DNA of 38,289 nucleotides from Sulfuritalea sp. (lineage in GTDB: Bacteria; Pseudomonadota; Gammaproteobacteria; Burkholderiales; Rhodocyclaceae). This document shows, piece by piece, positions 1 through 9,051 of this stretch (position 1 is its first letter; each line of letters opens with the position of its first letter). Both the position numbers and the translations under genes were made by a program. The DNA lies in contig JBAZOF010000001.1 in NCBI GenBank assembly GCA_041648855.1, forward strand, positions 1 through 38,289, in the 5' to 3' direction. A model generated the notes under the pieces. That model ran no database searches and was not told the origin of the DNA. It worked only from the letters and a program-made list of their open reading frames with translations.

Positions 1-269
1 AGTTCCACGGCGAGGCGGGGAATTTCGATGACCGGATCGCCGTGGCGCACGAGCAGGGCGCCGCCCATTTCCCGCAGGGCCGCGGCGACCTCCTCGACGG
101 CGCGCAGGATGAACTCGACGCGGCGGTCGCGGCGCGGCAGCGGATCGAGAATGGTGGTATCGAAGACGAACGCGCAGTGCACCCGCCGGTGCGCCTTCAG
201 CGCGTGATGCAGGGCGGCGTGGTCGTACACGCGCAGGTCGCGACGGAACCAGACAAGGGCGGTGGACAT
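1..269 (-). CDS. phrB: Deoxyribodipyrimidine photolyase / cryptochrome family, N-terminal part (runs off the window start)
   Basis: Not in the ORF track. Manual translation from ATG 269 gives MSTALVWFRRDLRVYDHAALHHAL...AFVFD...RVEFI...LLVRHGDP, the typical photolyase N-terminal WFRxDLR motif. Confidence 0.9.
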   Translation of the reverse strand, partial: MSTALVWFRRDLRVYDHAALHHALKAHRRVHCAFVFDTTILDPLPRRDRRVEFILRAVEEVAAALREMGGALLVRHGDPVIEIPRLAVE

Positions 270-328
270 CGGGTAATTGACCGGGGGTACTCGGGAACGG
301 ACTGAGAGATTACAATGTCGGCACATTC

Positions 329-901
329 ATGGAAACCGTCAGTCTCGCCAACCACTTTCTGATCGCCATGCCCGCCATGGTCGATCCGAATTTTTCCCGC
401 ACACTGACCTATATCTGCGAGCACAACGCAGACGGCGCGATCGGCATCATCGTCAATCGCCCGATGGACATGAACCTTGCCGGCCTGTTCGATCGCGTCA
501 GCATTCCGCTCGACGATGAAGAAGCCGAGGCACGCTTCTCCGGCCTGCCGGTGTATTTCGGCGGACCGGTGCAGACCGACCGGGGTTTCGTGCTGCACCG
601 GCCTTCCGGGCAATGGCAGTCTTCGCTCAATGTCAGCGACAGCATCGCGCTGACCAGTTCGCGCGACATCCTTCAGTCCATGGGCAGCACCGGCGAGCCG
701 TCCGAAGTGCTGGTCAGTCTCGGCTATGCCGGCTGGACGGCGGGACAGCTGGAGTGGGAACTGTCGCAGAACGCCTGGCTGACGGTGGAGGCCGACGTCG
801 GCATCATCTTTGCGGTACCTCCCGAAGAGCGCCTGCCGGCGGCCATGCAACTGCTCGGTGTGGATTTCGCCAATCTCTCTGAAATTGCGGGCCATGCCTG
901 A
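329..901 (+). CDS. yqgE: YqgE/AlgH family protein (UPF0301)
   Basis: [24 protein letters not shown] and LGYAGW..GQLE motifs; lies upstream of ruvX. Confidence 0.95.
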   Translation: METVSLANHFLIAMPAMVDPNFSRTLTYICEHNADGAIGIIVNRPMDMNLAGLFDRVSIPLDDEEAEARFSGLPVYFGGPVQTDRGFVLHRPSGQWQSSLNVSDSIALTSSRDILQSMGSTGEPSEVLVSLGYAGWTAGQLEWELSQNAWLTVEADVGIIFAVPPEERLPAAMQLLGVDFANLSEIAGHA

Positions 902-1349
902 GGCGGCGGGTTCAGTGCTCGCCTTCGATTTCGGCATCAAGCGCATCGGCGTCGCCATCGGAACACTGCTGGGTGAGGGCCGATCCGGTCCGGCGCGGCC
1001 CCTGACCACCATCGATGCCGAAGCCAACGATGCCCGCTTCGACGCCATCGCCGCGCTGATCGCCGAGTGGCAGCCGGTGCTGCTGCTGGTCGGCCGGCCC
1101 TTGAACGAAGACGGCACGCCGCACGAAATGACCGCCCGTTGCGAGCGCTTCGCCAACCAGTTGCGCGGCCGTTTCCGCCTGCCGGTCGAGCAGGTCGACG
1201 AGCGCTTCAGTTCGACCGAAGCCGATGCGAACCTGCGCCAACGCGGGCTGTCCTGGCAAGAGCGCAAGGCACGAGTCGATGCCGAAGCCGCACTCATCAT
1301 TCTCCAAAGCTGGTTCGAACTCCATGCCCGTAGCTACTCACCTGCCTGA
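894..1349 (+). CDS. ruvX: YqgF/RuvX pre-16S rRNA nuclease / Holliday junction resolvase-like protein
   Basis: [25 protein letters not shown] and [10 protein letters not shown] motifs; start trimmed to ATG 894, overlapping the yqgE end. Confidence 0.93.
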   Translation: MPEAAGSVLAFDFGIKRIGVAIGTLLGEGRSGPARPLTTIDAEANDARFDAIAALIAEWQPVLLLVGRPLNEDGTPHEMTARCERFANQLRGRFRLPVEQVDERFSSTEADANLRQRGLSWQERKARVDAEAALIILQSWFELHARSYSPA

Positions 1350-1833
1350 CGCCGAGGCCCTCTGCGCGGCCCTTGCCGACGCCATGCGGCCCCATGTCGA
1401 TCCTGCAGCGACGGCCCTGGTCGGCATCCACACCGGCGGCGTCTGGGTTGCCGCACGTCTGCACGCCGCGCTCGGTTTGAAGATTCCGCCCGGCTCGATC
1501 GACGTGTCCTTCTATCGCGACGACTTCAATCAGCGCGGCCTGCACGCCAACGCCAAGACTTCGCAGATTCCCTTCGATGTCGAAGGCGCGCACATCGTCA
1601 TCGTCGATGACGTGCTCCACACCGGCCGCACCATCCGCGCGGCGATGAACGAGCTGTTCGATTACGGCCGGCCGGCACGCATCGACCTCGCCGTGCTGAC
1701 CGATCGCGGCGGGCGCGAGCTGCCCATCGCTCCGACTTTTTGTCCGCATTCGCTGAGCTTGCCTGCCGCGCAGATACTGGCGCTGGAGCGGGCCGACGAC
1801 GGCGGGCTTTCCTTCCGGTTGATCGAAAAATGA
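1324..1833 (+). CDS. pyrR: Pyr operon regulator / uracil phosphoribosyltransferase PyrR
   Basis: SFYRDD, PRPP-binding [16 protein letters not shown] and DRGGRELPI motifs; start at ATG 1324. Confidence 0.93.
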   Translation: MPVATHLPDAEALCAALADAMRPHVDPAATALVGIHTGGVWVAARLHAALGLKIPPGSIDVSFYRDDFNQRGLHANAKTSQIPFDVEGAHIVIVDDVLHTGRTIRAAMNELFDYGRPARIDLAVLTDRGGRELPIAPTFCPHSLSLPAAQILALERADDGGLSFRLIEK

Positions 1834-2810
1834 GCGCATTCGGCAAGCAGCCCAATCCACAGCTCAACAGTCACGGCGAGCTGCAGCATCTGCTGACCAT
1901 CGAGGGACTGCCGCGCGAGATGCTGCTGCGCATCCTCGACACCGCGGCGCCGTTTTCCGAAGTCGCCGAACGCGAAGTGAAGAAGGTGCCGCTGCTGCGC
2001 GGCAAAAGCGTGTTCAACCTGTTCTTCGAGAATTCGACGCGCACCCGCACCACCTTCGAGATCGCGGCGAAGAGGCTTTCCGCCGACGTCATCAACCTCA
2101 ACATCAGCACCTCCTCGGCGAACAAGGGCGAGACCCTGCTCGACACGGCAGATAACCTCGCCGCGATGCAGGCCGACATGTTCGTCGTGCGCCACGCTTC
2201 GAGCGGCGCGCCCCACCTGCTCGCGCAGCACCTGGCGGCGACCGGGCGCGACCACATCCACGTGGTCAACGCCGGCGACGGCCGTCACGCGCATCCGACG
2301 CAGGGCCTGCTCGACATGTACACCATCCGCCACTACAAGACGGATTTCAGCCAGCTCACCGTCGCCATCGTCGGCGACGTGCTGCATTCGCGCGTGGCGC
2401 GCAGCCAGATCCACGCGCTGACCACGCTGGGCGTGCCCGAAGTGCGCGTCATCGCGCCCAAGACCCTGCTGCCGACCGGCATCGAACGCCTCGGCGTGCG
2501 GGTATTCAACGACATGCGCGAGGGCCTGCGCGGGGTCGACGTGGTCATGATGCTGCGCCTGCAGAACGAGCGCATGCAGGGCGCGCTGCTGCCCTCGACG
2601 CAGGAATACTTCAAGTCCTACGGCCTCACGCCGGAAAAGCTCTCGCTGGCGAAGCCCGACGCCATCGTCATGCATCCGGGGCCGATGAATCGCGGCGTGG
2701 AAATCGATTCGGCCGTGGCGGATGGCGGCCAGGCGGTGATCCTGCCGCAAGTCACTTTCGGCATCGCGGTGCGCATGGCGGTGATGGCCATGCTGGCGGG
2801 AAACTCATGA
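1830..2810 (+). CDS. pyrB: Aspartate carbamoyltransferase catalytic subunit
   Basis: [28 protein letters not shown] and HPGPMNRG motifs; ATGA overlap with the pyrR stop. Confidence 0.97.
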   Translation: MSAFGKQPNPQLNSHGELQHLLTIEGLPREMLLRILDTAAPFSEVAEREVKKVPLLRGKSVFNLFFENSTRTRTTFEIAAKRLSADVINLNISTSSANKGETLLDTADNLAAMQADMFVVRHASSGAPHLLAQHLAATGRDHIHVVNAGDGRHAHPTQGLLDMYTIRHYKTDFSQLTVAIVGDVLHSRVARSQIHALTTLGVPEVRVIAPKTLLPTGIERLGVRVFNDMREGLRGVDVVMMLRLQNERMQGALLPSTQEYFKSYGLTPEKLSLAKPDAIVMHPGPMNRGVEIDSAVADGGQAVILPQVTFGIAVRMAVMAMLAGNS

Positions 2811-2944
2811 ATAAATCTACTGCGCGTGCCGGATCGGGGATTGGGCGGTGCTCACTATCCTCACATATAACAACATATGTTCCGGTAGCTGCGCTCCGGC
2901 CGCACCCCGCTGCGGCCCGCTCGCTACGATTTCTTCACGAGTTT
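2801..2944. repeat. ~145-bp imperfect palindromic (MITE/REP-like) intergenic element
   Basis: Outer arms AAACTCATGAATAAATC and GATTTCTTCACGAGTTT pair with 2 mismatches; further nested arms are present, with a central ACATAT-N6-ATATGT hairpin at 2863-2880. Confidence 0.7.
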
Positions 2945-2951
2945 TGAGCCC

Positions 2952-4235
2952 ATGAAAATCCATATCAAGAACGGCCGCCTGATCGACCCGGCGAGCAAGA
3001 CCGACAAGCCGCTCGATCTCTTCATCGCCGCAGGGCGCATAGTCGGCGTTGGCAACACGCCGGCTGGTTTCGAAGCCAACAGCGTGCTCGATGCGACGGG
3101 CTGCATCGTCTGCCCCGGCCTGGTCGATCTTGCGGCACGGCTGCGCGAGCCGGGCTTCGAATACCGGGCCACGCTGGAATCCGAAATGGCGGCGGCCGCG
3201 GCCGGGGGGGTAACGTCACTGGCGTGCCCGCCGGATACCGATCCGGTACTGGACGAGCCGGGGTTGGTGGAAATGCTGACCCACCGGGCGCGGCTGCCCG
3301 AGTTCGCCCATGTGCATCCGGTGGGCGCCTTGACCACGCAACTGGAAGGCAAGGCGCTGACCGAAATGGCGGAACTCTCCGAGGCGGGCTGCGTCGCCTT
3401 CGGCCAGGCCAATCGCGCCATTGTCGACACGCAGGTACTGCTGCGCGCCATGATGTACGCGGCGACCTTCGACTTTCCCGTGTGGTTGCAGGCGCAGGAT
3501 CCGTTTCTTGCCAGGAAGGGCGTCGCCCATGACGGCGAAGTCGCTGCGCGCCTTGGCTTGGCCGGGATTCCGGTGGCGGCGGAAACCATCGCGCTGGCGA
3601 CCATTCTGCATCTGGCCCGCGAGACCGGCGCACGGGTGCACGTGACACGCATCTCGTCGGCCGCCGGCGTCGAGATGATCGTCGCCGCCCGCGCCGCCGG
3701 AATTGCGGTCACCTGCGATGTGGCGATACATCACCTGCATCTGTGCGAAATGGATCTCGGCTTCTTCGACGCGCACGCCCGGCTCGATCCGCCGCTGCGC
3801 TCGCAGCGGGATCGCGACGCCTTGCGCGCGGGCCTGGCGTCGGGCGCGATCAACGCGCTGTGTTCCGACCACACGCCGGTCGATGACGACGGCAAGCAGA
3901 TGCCCTTCGATGAAGCCGAAGTCGGCGCCACCGGGCTCGAACTGCTGCTGCCGCTGACGCTCAAATGGGCGCGGGAAATGAAGCTGCCGCTGGTGACGGC
4001 GCTGGCGCGCGTGACCGCGGATCCGGCGCGCATTCTTGGCGTCAAGGTCGGCAGCCTGGGCCTGGGAGCTGCCGCCGATATCTGCGTGTTCGACCCGGTG
4101 GCCGAATTCAAGGTCAGCCGCGAAAACCTCAGGAGCCAGGGCAAGAACACCCCGTTCCTCGGCTATGAGTTTCCCGGCCGCGTGCGCTACACGCTGATCG
4201 ACGGCCATCTGGCCTTCGACGGCACGCTAAGCTAA
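2952..4235 (+). CDS. pyrC: Dihydroorotase-like protein, probably the inactive PyrC' ATCase assembly subunit
   Basis: Amidohydrolase/DHOase motifs PGLVD..REPG, PPLR, SDH and GKNTPF are present, but the metal-binding DxHxH reads DLAAR. Confidence 0.88.
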   Translation: MKIHIKNGRLIDPASKTDKPLDLFIAAGRIVGVGNTPAGFEANSVLDATGCIVCPGLVDLAARLREPGFEYRATLESEMAAAAAGGVTSLACPPDTDPVLDEPGLVEMLTHRARLPEFAHVHPVGALTTQLEGKALTEMAELSEAGCVAFGQANRAIVDTQVLLRAMMYAATFDFPVWLQAQDPFLARKGVAHDGEVAARLGLAGIPVAAETIALATILHLARETGARVHVTRISSAAGVEMIVAARAAGIAVTCDVAIHHLHLCEMDLGFFDAHARLDPPLRSQRDRDALRAGLASGAINALCSDHTPVDDDGKQMPFDEAEVGATGLELLLPLTLKWAREMKLPLVTALARVTADPARILGVKVGSLGLGAAADICVFDPVAEFKVSRENLRSQGKNTPFLGYEFPGRVRYTLIDGHLAFDGTLS

Positions 4236-4514
4236 GAGCCGCTCCCTCACGACAGACGGCTCGACGCCGTCGATGCGCACCCGCTTGGCGCGGGACGTGT
4301 CGCCGCTTATCAGGCTGACGGCGGCTTTCGCCACACCGAGCCGATCCGCAAGAAACGCGATCAGGCCAGCATTGGCTTTGCCATCGACCGGCGGCGCGGC
4401 AAGGCGGATTTTCAACGCTTCGCCGTGCAGGCCCACCACTTCGGTTTTCTTTGCTCCCGGCTGGATGTGCAGCCGCAGCGTCACTCCCTTGCCGTCGGCG
4501 ACCAGCCACGTCAT
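4227..4514 (-). CDS. yggU: DUF167/YggU family protein
   Basis: LHIQPGAKK, LKIRLAAPPVDGKAN and SGDTSRAK motifs; start at ATG 4514. Confidence 0.92.
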   Translation of the reverse strand: MTWLVADGKGVTLRLHIQPGAKKTEVVGLHGEALKIRLAAPPVDGKANAGLIAFLADRLGVAKAAVSLISGDTSRAKRVRIDGVEPSVVRERLLA

Positions 4515-5089
4515 GAAACTAGCATCAAAGGCATCACGGCGTGGCGCAGGCTGGCGATCACGAACAGGGCGATTTGCAGCACCAGCAGCAAGGCCAGCGG
4601 CGAGAGGTCCACGCCGCCCACGGGTGGAATGATGCGGCGAAACGGCCGCAGCAGGGGCCGGGTCAGCGTGTTGAACACCTCGGCCAGCGGCGCATAAGGA
4701 TTCACCCAGGAAAAAACCGCCGAGACGATTACGGCCCCGATCACCAGATACAGGCTGGTCTTCGCCACATCCAGCAGCGCCAGCAGGGCGACCACAAAAG
4801 TCGGCGCTGGCGATACGGCGGACAGCACGCCGGAGAATCCCAGGGCAGTTCCCTGATAGACCACCTGCCAGAACCAGGCCAGCAGCAGGCTCGCCATGTC
4901 GAGGCCGAACAGGCCGGGAATCAGTCGGCGCACCGGACGCACCATCCAGTCGGTGACGGCGACGATGAATTGGCCCAGCGGGTTGCGGAACGGAGCGCGC
5001 GCCCATTGCATGGCGAAGCGCACCAGCAGGGCCAGCGTCAGGAAGCCGCAGACCGAATCGAGGATGAAGAGGAAAATTTGCGCCAGCAT
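4511..5089 (-). CDS. yggT: YggT family membrane protein
   Basis: Two YGGT repeats (RNPLGQF..TD..PVRR; SWVNP..PLLRPFRRIIP..GVDLSP). Confidence 0.93.
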   Translation of the reverse strand: MLAQIFLFILDSVCGFLTLALLVRFAMQWARAPFRNPLGQFIVAVTDWMVRPVRRLIPGLFGLDMASLLLAWFWQVVYQGTALGFSGVLSAVSPAPTFVVALLALLDVAKTSLYLVIGAVIVSAVFSWVNPYAPLAEVFNTLTRPLLRPFRRIIPPVGGVDLSPLALLLVLQIALFVIASLRHAVMPLMLVS

Positions 5090-5901
5090 CAGTCTTTACC
5101 GAGAAGGTCGCCCAACTCGCGGCCGCGCGCCTCGGCGGCCATGATGCCGCGTTCGATTCCGGCAGCGACGCCGCTGGCGTCGAACGCGAGCAACGCGGCC
5201 TCGGTGGTACCGCCCTTCGAGGTCACTCGCTGGCGCAGGGTCGATAGCGATTCGCTGCTCTGGGCTGCCAGCTGCGCTGCACCAACGACGGTTTCGACGC
5301 TGATCCGACGTGCCGTGTCGGCATCGAAGCCGAGATCGAGAGCGGCCTTTTCCATGGCTTCGAGAAAATAGAACACATAAGCCGGGCCGCTGCCGGACAC
5401 CGCGGTGACGGCGTCCATCTGCTTCTCGTCATGCACCCAGAAGGTGTTGCCGACGGCGCGCAGGAGGTTCTCGGCGTTGTCGCGGCCGTCCTGATTGACG
5501 CCGGGATCGGCGCAGAGGCCGGTGATGCCGGCGCCGATCAGGGCCGGCGTGTTGGGCATGGTGCGCACCACGTGGCGGTGACCGCCGAGCCAGCGCGAGA
5601 TGTCGGCCAGACGCATTCCCGCGGCGATGCTGACGACCAGTTGCGCGTTCAGCTTGCCGACCAGCGGGGCGACCGCTTCGCGCATCTGCTGCGGCTTCAC
5701 GGCCAGTACCAGGACATGACAGTCCAGCGCCGCCGCATCCACGGTTGCCGTACAGCGCACGCCGAAGCGGTCGGCGAGGGCGTCACGGGCTTCCGTGAAG
5801 GGCTCGACGACCTGGATCGCCGCTGCCGGAAAACCCTGCCGGTAGAGGCCGCTGATGAGTGCGATGGCCATGTTGCCGCCGCCGATGAAGGTGATTTTCA
5901 T
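5089..5901 (-). CDS. proC: Pyrroline-5-carboxylate reductase
   Basis: FIGGGNM, LAVKPQ, RTMPNTP, SGSGPAY and VTSKGGTT motifs; start at ATG 5901. Confidence 0.97.
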   Translation of the reverse strand: MKITFIGGGNMAIALISGLYRQGFPAAAIQVVEPFTEARDALADRFGVRCTATVDAAALDCHVLVLAVKPQQMREAVAPLVGKLNAQLVVSIAAGMRLADISRWLGGHRHVVRTMPNTPALIGAGITGLCADPGVNQDGRDNAENLLRAVGNTFWVHDEKQMDAVTAVSGSGPAYVFYFLEAMEKAALDLGFDADTARRISVETVVGAAQLAAQSSESLSTLRQRVTSKGGTTEAALLAFDASGVAAGIERGIMAAEARGRELGDLLGKD

Positions 5902-6593
5902 GTCGTGGTGTCCCGTTGTCCGAAGATTGCCGTGCCGACGCGCACGATGGTCGCGCCCTCCATTATCGCCGCCTCGAGGTCGTCGCTCATGCCCATCGAC
6001 AGTGTGTCGAGCCGGAAATCCAGTTCGGTGTTGATCCGCTCCAGGGTGTGGCGCAGCAAGGCGAACTGCCGCCGTTGGCGAGCGATGTCCGCGGTCGGCT
6101 CGGGGATCGTCATCAATCCCCGCAGGCGCAGGCTCGGCAATGCGCCGATGGCGGCGGCCAGTCCGACGCCCTGCTCCGGCGTGCAGCCGCTCTTGGACGC
6201 CTCGCCCGACACATTCACTTGCAGGCAGACGTTGAGTAGCGGCAGCGCCGCAGTGCGCTGTGCCGCCAGCCGCTCGGCAATTTTCAGGCGGTCCACCGAG
6301 TGCACCCAGGCAAAGCCTTCGGCCACCGGCCGCGTCTTGTTGCTCTGCAAGGGCCCGATAAAATGCCATTCAAGATTGAGGCCGGCCAGTTCTGCTGCCT
6401 TGTCGGCCGCTTCCTGCACATAGTTTTCGCCGAAGGCGCGCTGCCCGGCCGCAGCGGCTTCCCTCACGCTGGCGGCGGGCCAGGTCTTGGAAACGGCCAG
6501 CAATTGCACCGACTCCGCAGATCGCCCGGCGGCAAGGCAGGCGGCCGCAATGCGTGCACGCACAGCTTGCAAGTTGGCGGCGATTGATGTCAT
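5898..6593 (-). CDS. yggS: PLP homeostasis protein YggS
   Basis: LAVSKT, FGENYVQE, WHFIGPLQSNK, LSMGMS and VRVGTAIFG motifs. Confidence 0.97.
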   Translation of the reverse strand: MTSIAANLQAVRARIAAACLAAGRSAESVQLLAVSKTWPAASVREAAAAGQRAFGENYVQEAADKAAELAGLNLEWHFIGPLQSNKTRPVAEGFAWVHSVDRLKIAERLAAQRTAALPLLNVCLQVNVSGEASKSGCTPEQGVGLAAAIGALPSLRLRGLMTIPEPTADIARQRRQFALLRHTLERINTELDFRLDTLSMGMSDDLEAAIMEGATIVRVGTAIFGQRDTTT

Positions 6594-6639
6594 ATAGCAA
6601 CTTTAAAGTATAAAGCACCCCGTCTACAGGAAAGCGCTC

Positions 6640-7683
6640 ATGGACATCACAGAACTGCTCACATTCGTTGTCAAGAACAAGGCTTCCGATTTGCATCTTT
6701 CGTCCGGCCTGCCGCCCATGATCCGGGTCCATGGCGACATACGGCGCATCAATCTGCCGGCCATGGAGCACAAGGATGTCCACGCCATGATTTATGACAT
6801 CATGAACGACGGGCAGCGCAAGGCCTATGAGGAAAATCTGGAGTGCGACTTTTCCTTTGCGGTGCCGAACCTGGCGCGCTTCCGCGTCAATGCCTTCGTT
6901 CAGAACCGCGGCGCGGCGGCGGTGATGCGCACCATTCCGTCGAAGATCATGTCGCTCGAAGAGCTCAAGTGCCCCAAGATTTTTGAAGAACTGGCCGACT
7001 ATCCGCGCGGCCTGGTGCTGGTGACCGGACCGACCGGGTCGGGCAAGTCCACCACACTGGCGGCGATGGTCAATCACAAGAACGATGTCGAATACGGCCA
7101 CATACTCACCGTCGAGGACCCGATCGAATTCGTCCATGAATCGAAGAAGTGCCTGGTCAACCAGCGCGAGGTCGGGCCGCATACCCTGTCCTTCAACAAC
7201 GCCCTGCGCTCCGCCCTGCGCGAAGACCCGGACGTGATCCTGGTCGGTGAAATGCGCGACCTGGAAACCATCCGGCTGGCCATGTCCGGCGCCGAAACCG
7301 GCCACCTGGTATTCGGCACCTTGCATACCTCCTCGGCGGCGAAGACCATCGACCGTATCATCGACGTGTTCCCGGCCGCGGAAAAGGAAATGATCCGTGC
7401 CATGTTGTCGGAATCGCTGCGGGCGGTGATTTCGCAGACCCTGTGCAAGACCATGGACGGCACCGGCCGTGTTGCCGCGCACGAAATCATGGTCGGCACC
7501 CCGGCCATCCGCAACCTGATCCGCGAGGCCAAGGTGGCGCAGATGTATTCGGCAATTCAGACCGGCCAGCAGTTTGGCATGCAGACGCTCGACCAGAACC
7601 TCCAGGATCTGGTCAAGCGGAAAATCATTTCTCCGGGCGAGGCCCGCAGCAAGGCCGCCAACAAGGATAATTTCCCGGGCTAA
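6640..7683 (+). CDS. pilT: Type IV pilus retraction ATPase PilT
   Basis: ASDLHLS, Walker A GPTGSGKST, LREDPD and AIRNLIRE motifs; divergent from yggS. Confidence 0.97.
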   Translation: MDITELLTFVVKNKASDLHLSSGLPPMIRVHGDIRRINLPAMEHKDVHAMIYDIMNDGQRKAYEENLECDFSFAVPNLARFRVNAFVQNRGAAAVMRTIPSKIMSLEELKCPKIFEELADYPRGLVLVTGPTGSGKSTTLAAMVNHKNDVEYGHILTVEDPIEFVHESKKCLVNQREVGPHTLSFNNALRSALREDPDVILVGEMRDLETIRLAMSGAETGHLVFGTLHTSSAAKTIDRIIDVFPAAEKEMIRAMLSESLRAVISQTLCKTMDGTGRVAAHEIMVGTPAIRNLIREAKVAQMYSAIQTGQQFGMQTLDQNLQDLVKRKIISPGEARSKAANKDNFPG

Positions 7684-7703
7684 AGCCCGGAAAATTACAC
7701 CCG

Positions 7704-7758
7704 CCCCTCCCATCCTCCCCTCGCGGGGAGGCTACTAGTTGGAGCCGCTGACGCGGCT
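7704..7758 (+). repeat. REP-like two-hairpin element, copy 1
   Basis: C-rich run, CCTCCCC-TCGC-GGGGAGG hairpin, GTTGG, then AGCCGC-TGAC-GCGGCT hairpin. Confidence 0.55.
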
Positions 7759-7790
7759 AGAGTAAGAAGAAACGATTGGAGATTTGCACC

Positions 7791-8927
7791 ATGGAACGCG
7801 ATGAAGGCCTGAAGTTCATGTACCAGCTTCTGACCATGATGATGCAGAAGAAGGGCTCGGACTTGTTCATTACCTCCGGTTTCCCGCCGGCCATGAAGAT
7901 CGACGGCAAAATGACACCGGCAACCACCCAGCCGCTGTCGTCGCAGCACACGCAGGAACTGGCGCGGGCGATCATGAACGACAAGCAGGCCGCCGAGTTC
8001 GAGGCGACCAAGGAATGCAATTTCGCCATCTCGCCGGCCAGCATCGGCCGTTTCCGGGTCAATGCCTTTGTCCAGCAGGGGCGCGTCGGCATGATCCTGC
8101 GGACCATCAATGTGCAGATTCCCGAAATCGACGATCTCAAGCTGCCGCCGGTGCTCAAGGACGTGACGATGACCAAGCGCGGCCTGGTGCTGTTCGTCGG
8201 TGGCACGGGGTCCGGCAAATCGACCTCGCTGGCGGCGATGATCGGCTACCGCAATCAGAACAGCTACGGCCACATCATCACCATCGAGGATCCGGTCGAA
8301 TACGTCCATGACCATCGCAACTGCGTAATCACCCAGCGCGAGGTCGGTGTCGACACCGATTCATGGGAAGTCGCGCTGAAGAACACCCTGCGTCAGGCGC
8401 CCGACGTCATCCTGATTGGCGAAATTCGCGACAGGGAAGTGATGGAACACGCTATCGCCTTTGCCGAAACGGGCCACCTCGCAATGGGCACCCTGCACGC
8501 CAACAACGCCAACCAGGCGATCGACCGGATCATCAACTTCTTCCCTGAAGAGCGCCGGCCGCAGTTGTTGATGGATCTTTCGCTCAACCTCAAGGCCATC
8601 GTGTCCCAGCGCCTGATTCCGGTGAAGGAAGGCAAGGGTCGCGCCGCGGCCGTGGAGGTTCTGCTCAACTCGCCGCTGATCGCCGACCTGATCTTCAAGG
8701 GAGAAATCCACGGCATCAAGGAGATCATGAAGAAGTCGAAGGAGCTCGGCATGAAAACCTTCGACATGGCCCTCTTCGATCTCTTCGAAGAGGGCCGCAT
8801 CAGCTATGACGATGCCTTGCGTTTCGCCGACTCGATGAACGAAGTGCGGCTGATGATCAAGCTGAACAGCAAGATGTCGCAGGACGTGGACCGCAGCGCG
8901 GGCATCCAGCACCTGGATATTGTCTGA
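7791..8927 (+). CDS. pilU: Type IV pilus ATPase PilU
   Basis: GSDLFIT, GGTGSGKST, LRQAPD and TLHANNANQ motifs; follows pilT. Confidence 0.95.
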   Translation: MERDEGLKFMYQLLTMMMQKKGSDLFITSGFPPAMKIDGKMTPATTQPLSSQHTQELARAIMNDKQAAEFEATKECNFAISPASIGRFRVNAFVQQGRVGMILRTINVQIPEIDDLKLPPVLKDVTMTKRGLVLFVGGTGSGKSTSLAAMIGYRNQNSYGHIITIEDPVEYVHDHRNCVITQREVGVDTDSWEVALKNTLRQAPDVILIGEIRDREVMEHAIAFAETGHLAMGTLHANNANQAIDRIINFFPEERRPQLLMDLSLNLKAIVSQRLIPVKEGKGRAAAVEVLLNSPLIADLIFKGEIHGIKEIMKKSKELGMKTFDMALFDLFEEGRISYDDALRFADSMNEVRLMIKLNSKMSQDVDRSAGIQHLDIV

Positions 8928-8953
8928 ACTTCGCGATCGCGAAGTTCAGACAA
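8920..8953. repeat. Perfect 34-bp palindrome overlapping the pilU stop
   Basis: TTGTCTGAACTTCGCGA|TCGCGAAGTTCAGACAA with no spacer. Confidence 0.9.
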
Positions 8954-8964
8954 CTCTCTGACGT

Positions 8965-9023
8965 CCCCCACCCCCAACCCCCGCCCCGGGGCGGGGGCCA
9001 AAGTTGGCTCGCTGCGCTCGAAG
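8965..9023 (+). repeat. REP-like element, copy 2 (degenerate)
   Basis: C-rich run, perfect CCCCCGCCCC|GGGGCGGGGG at 8978-8997, then AAGTTGGCTCGCTGCGCTCG. Confidence 0.5.
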
Positions 9024-9051
9024 TCGCGGGGCGCTTCGAACCGACTGTGCC

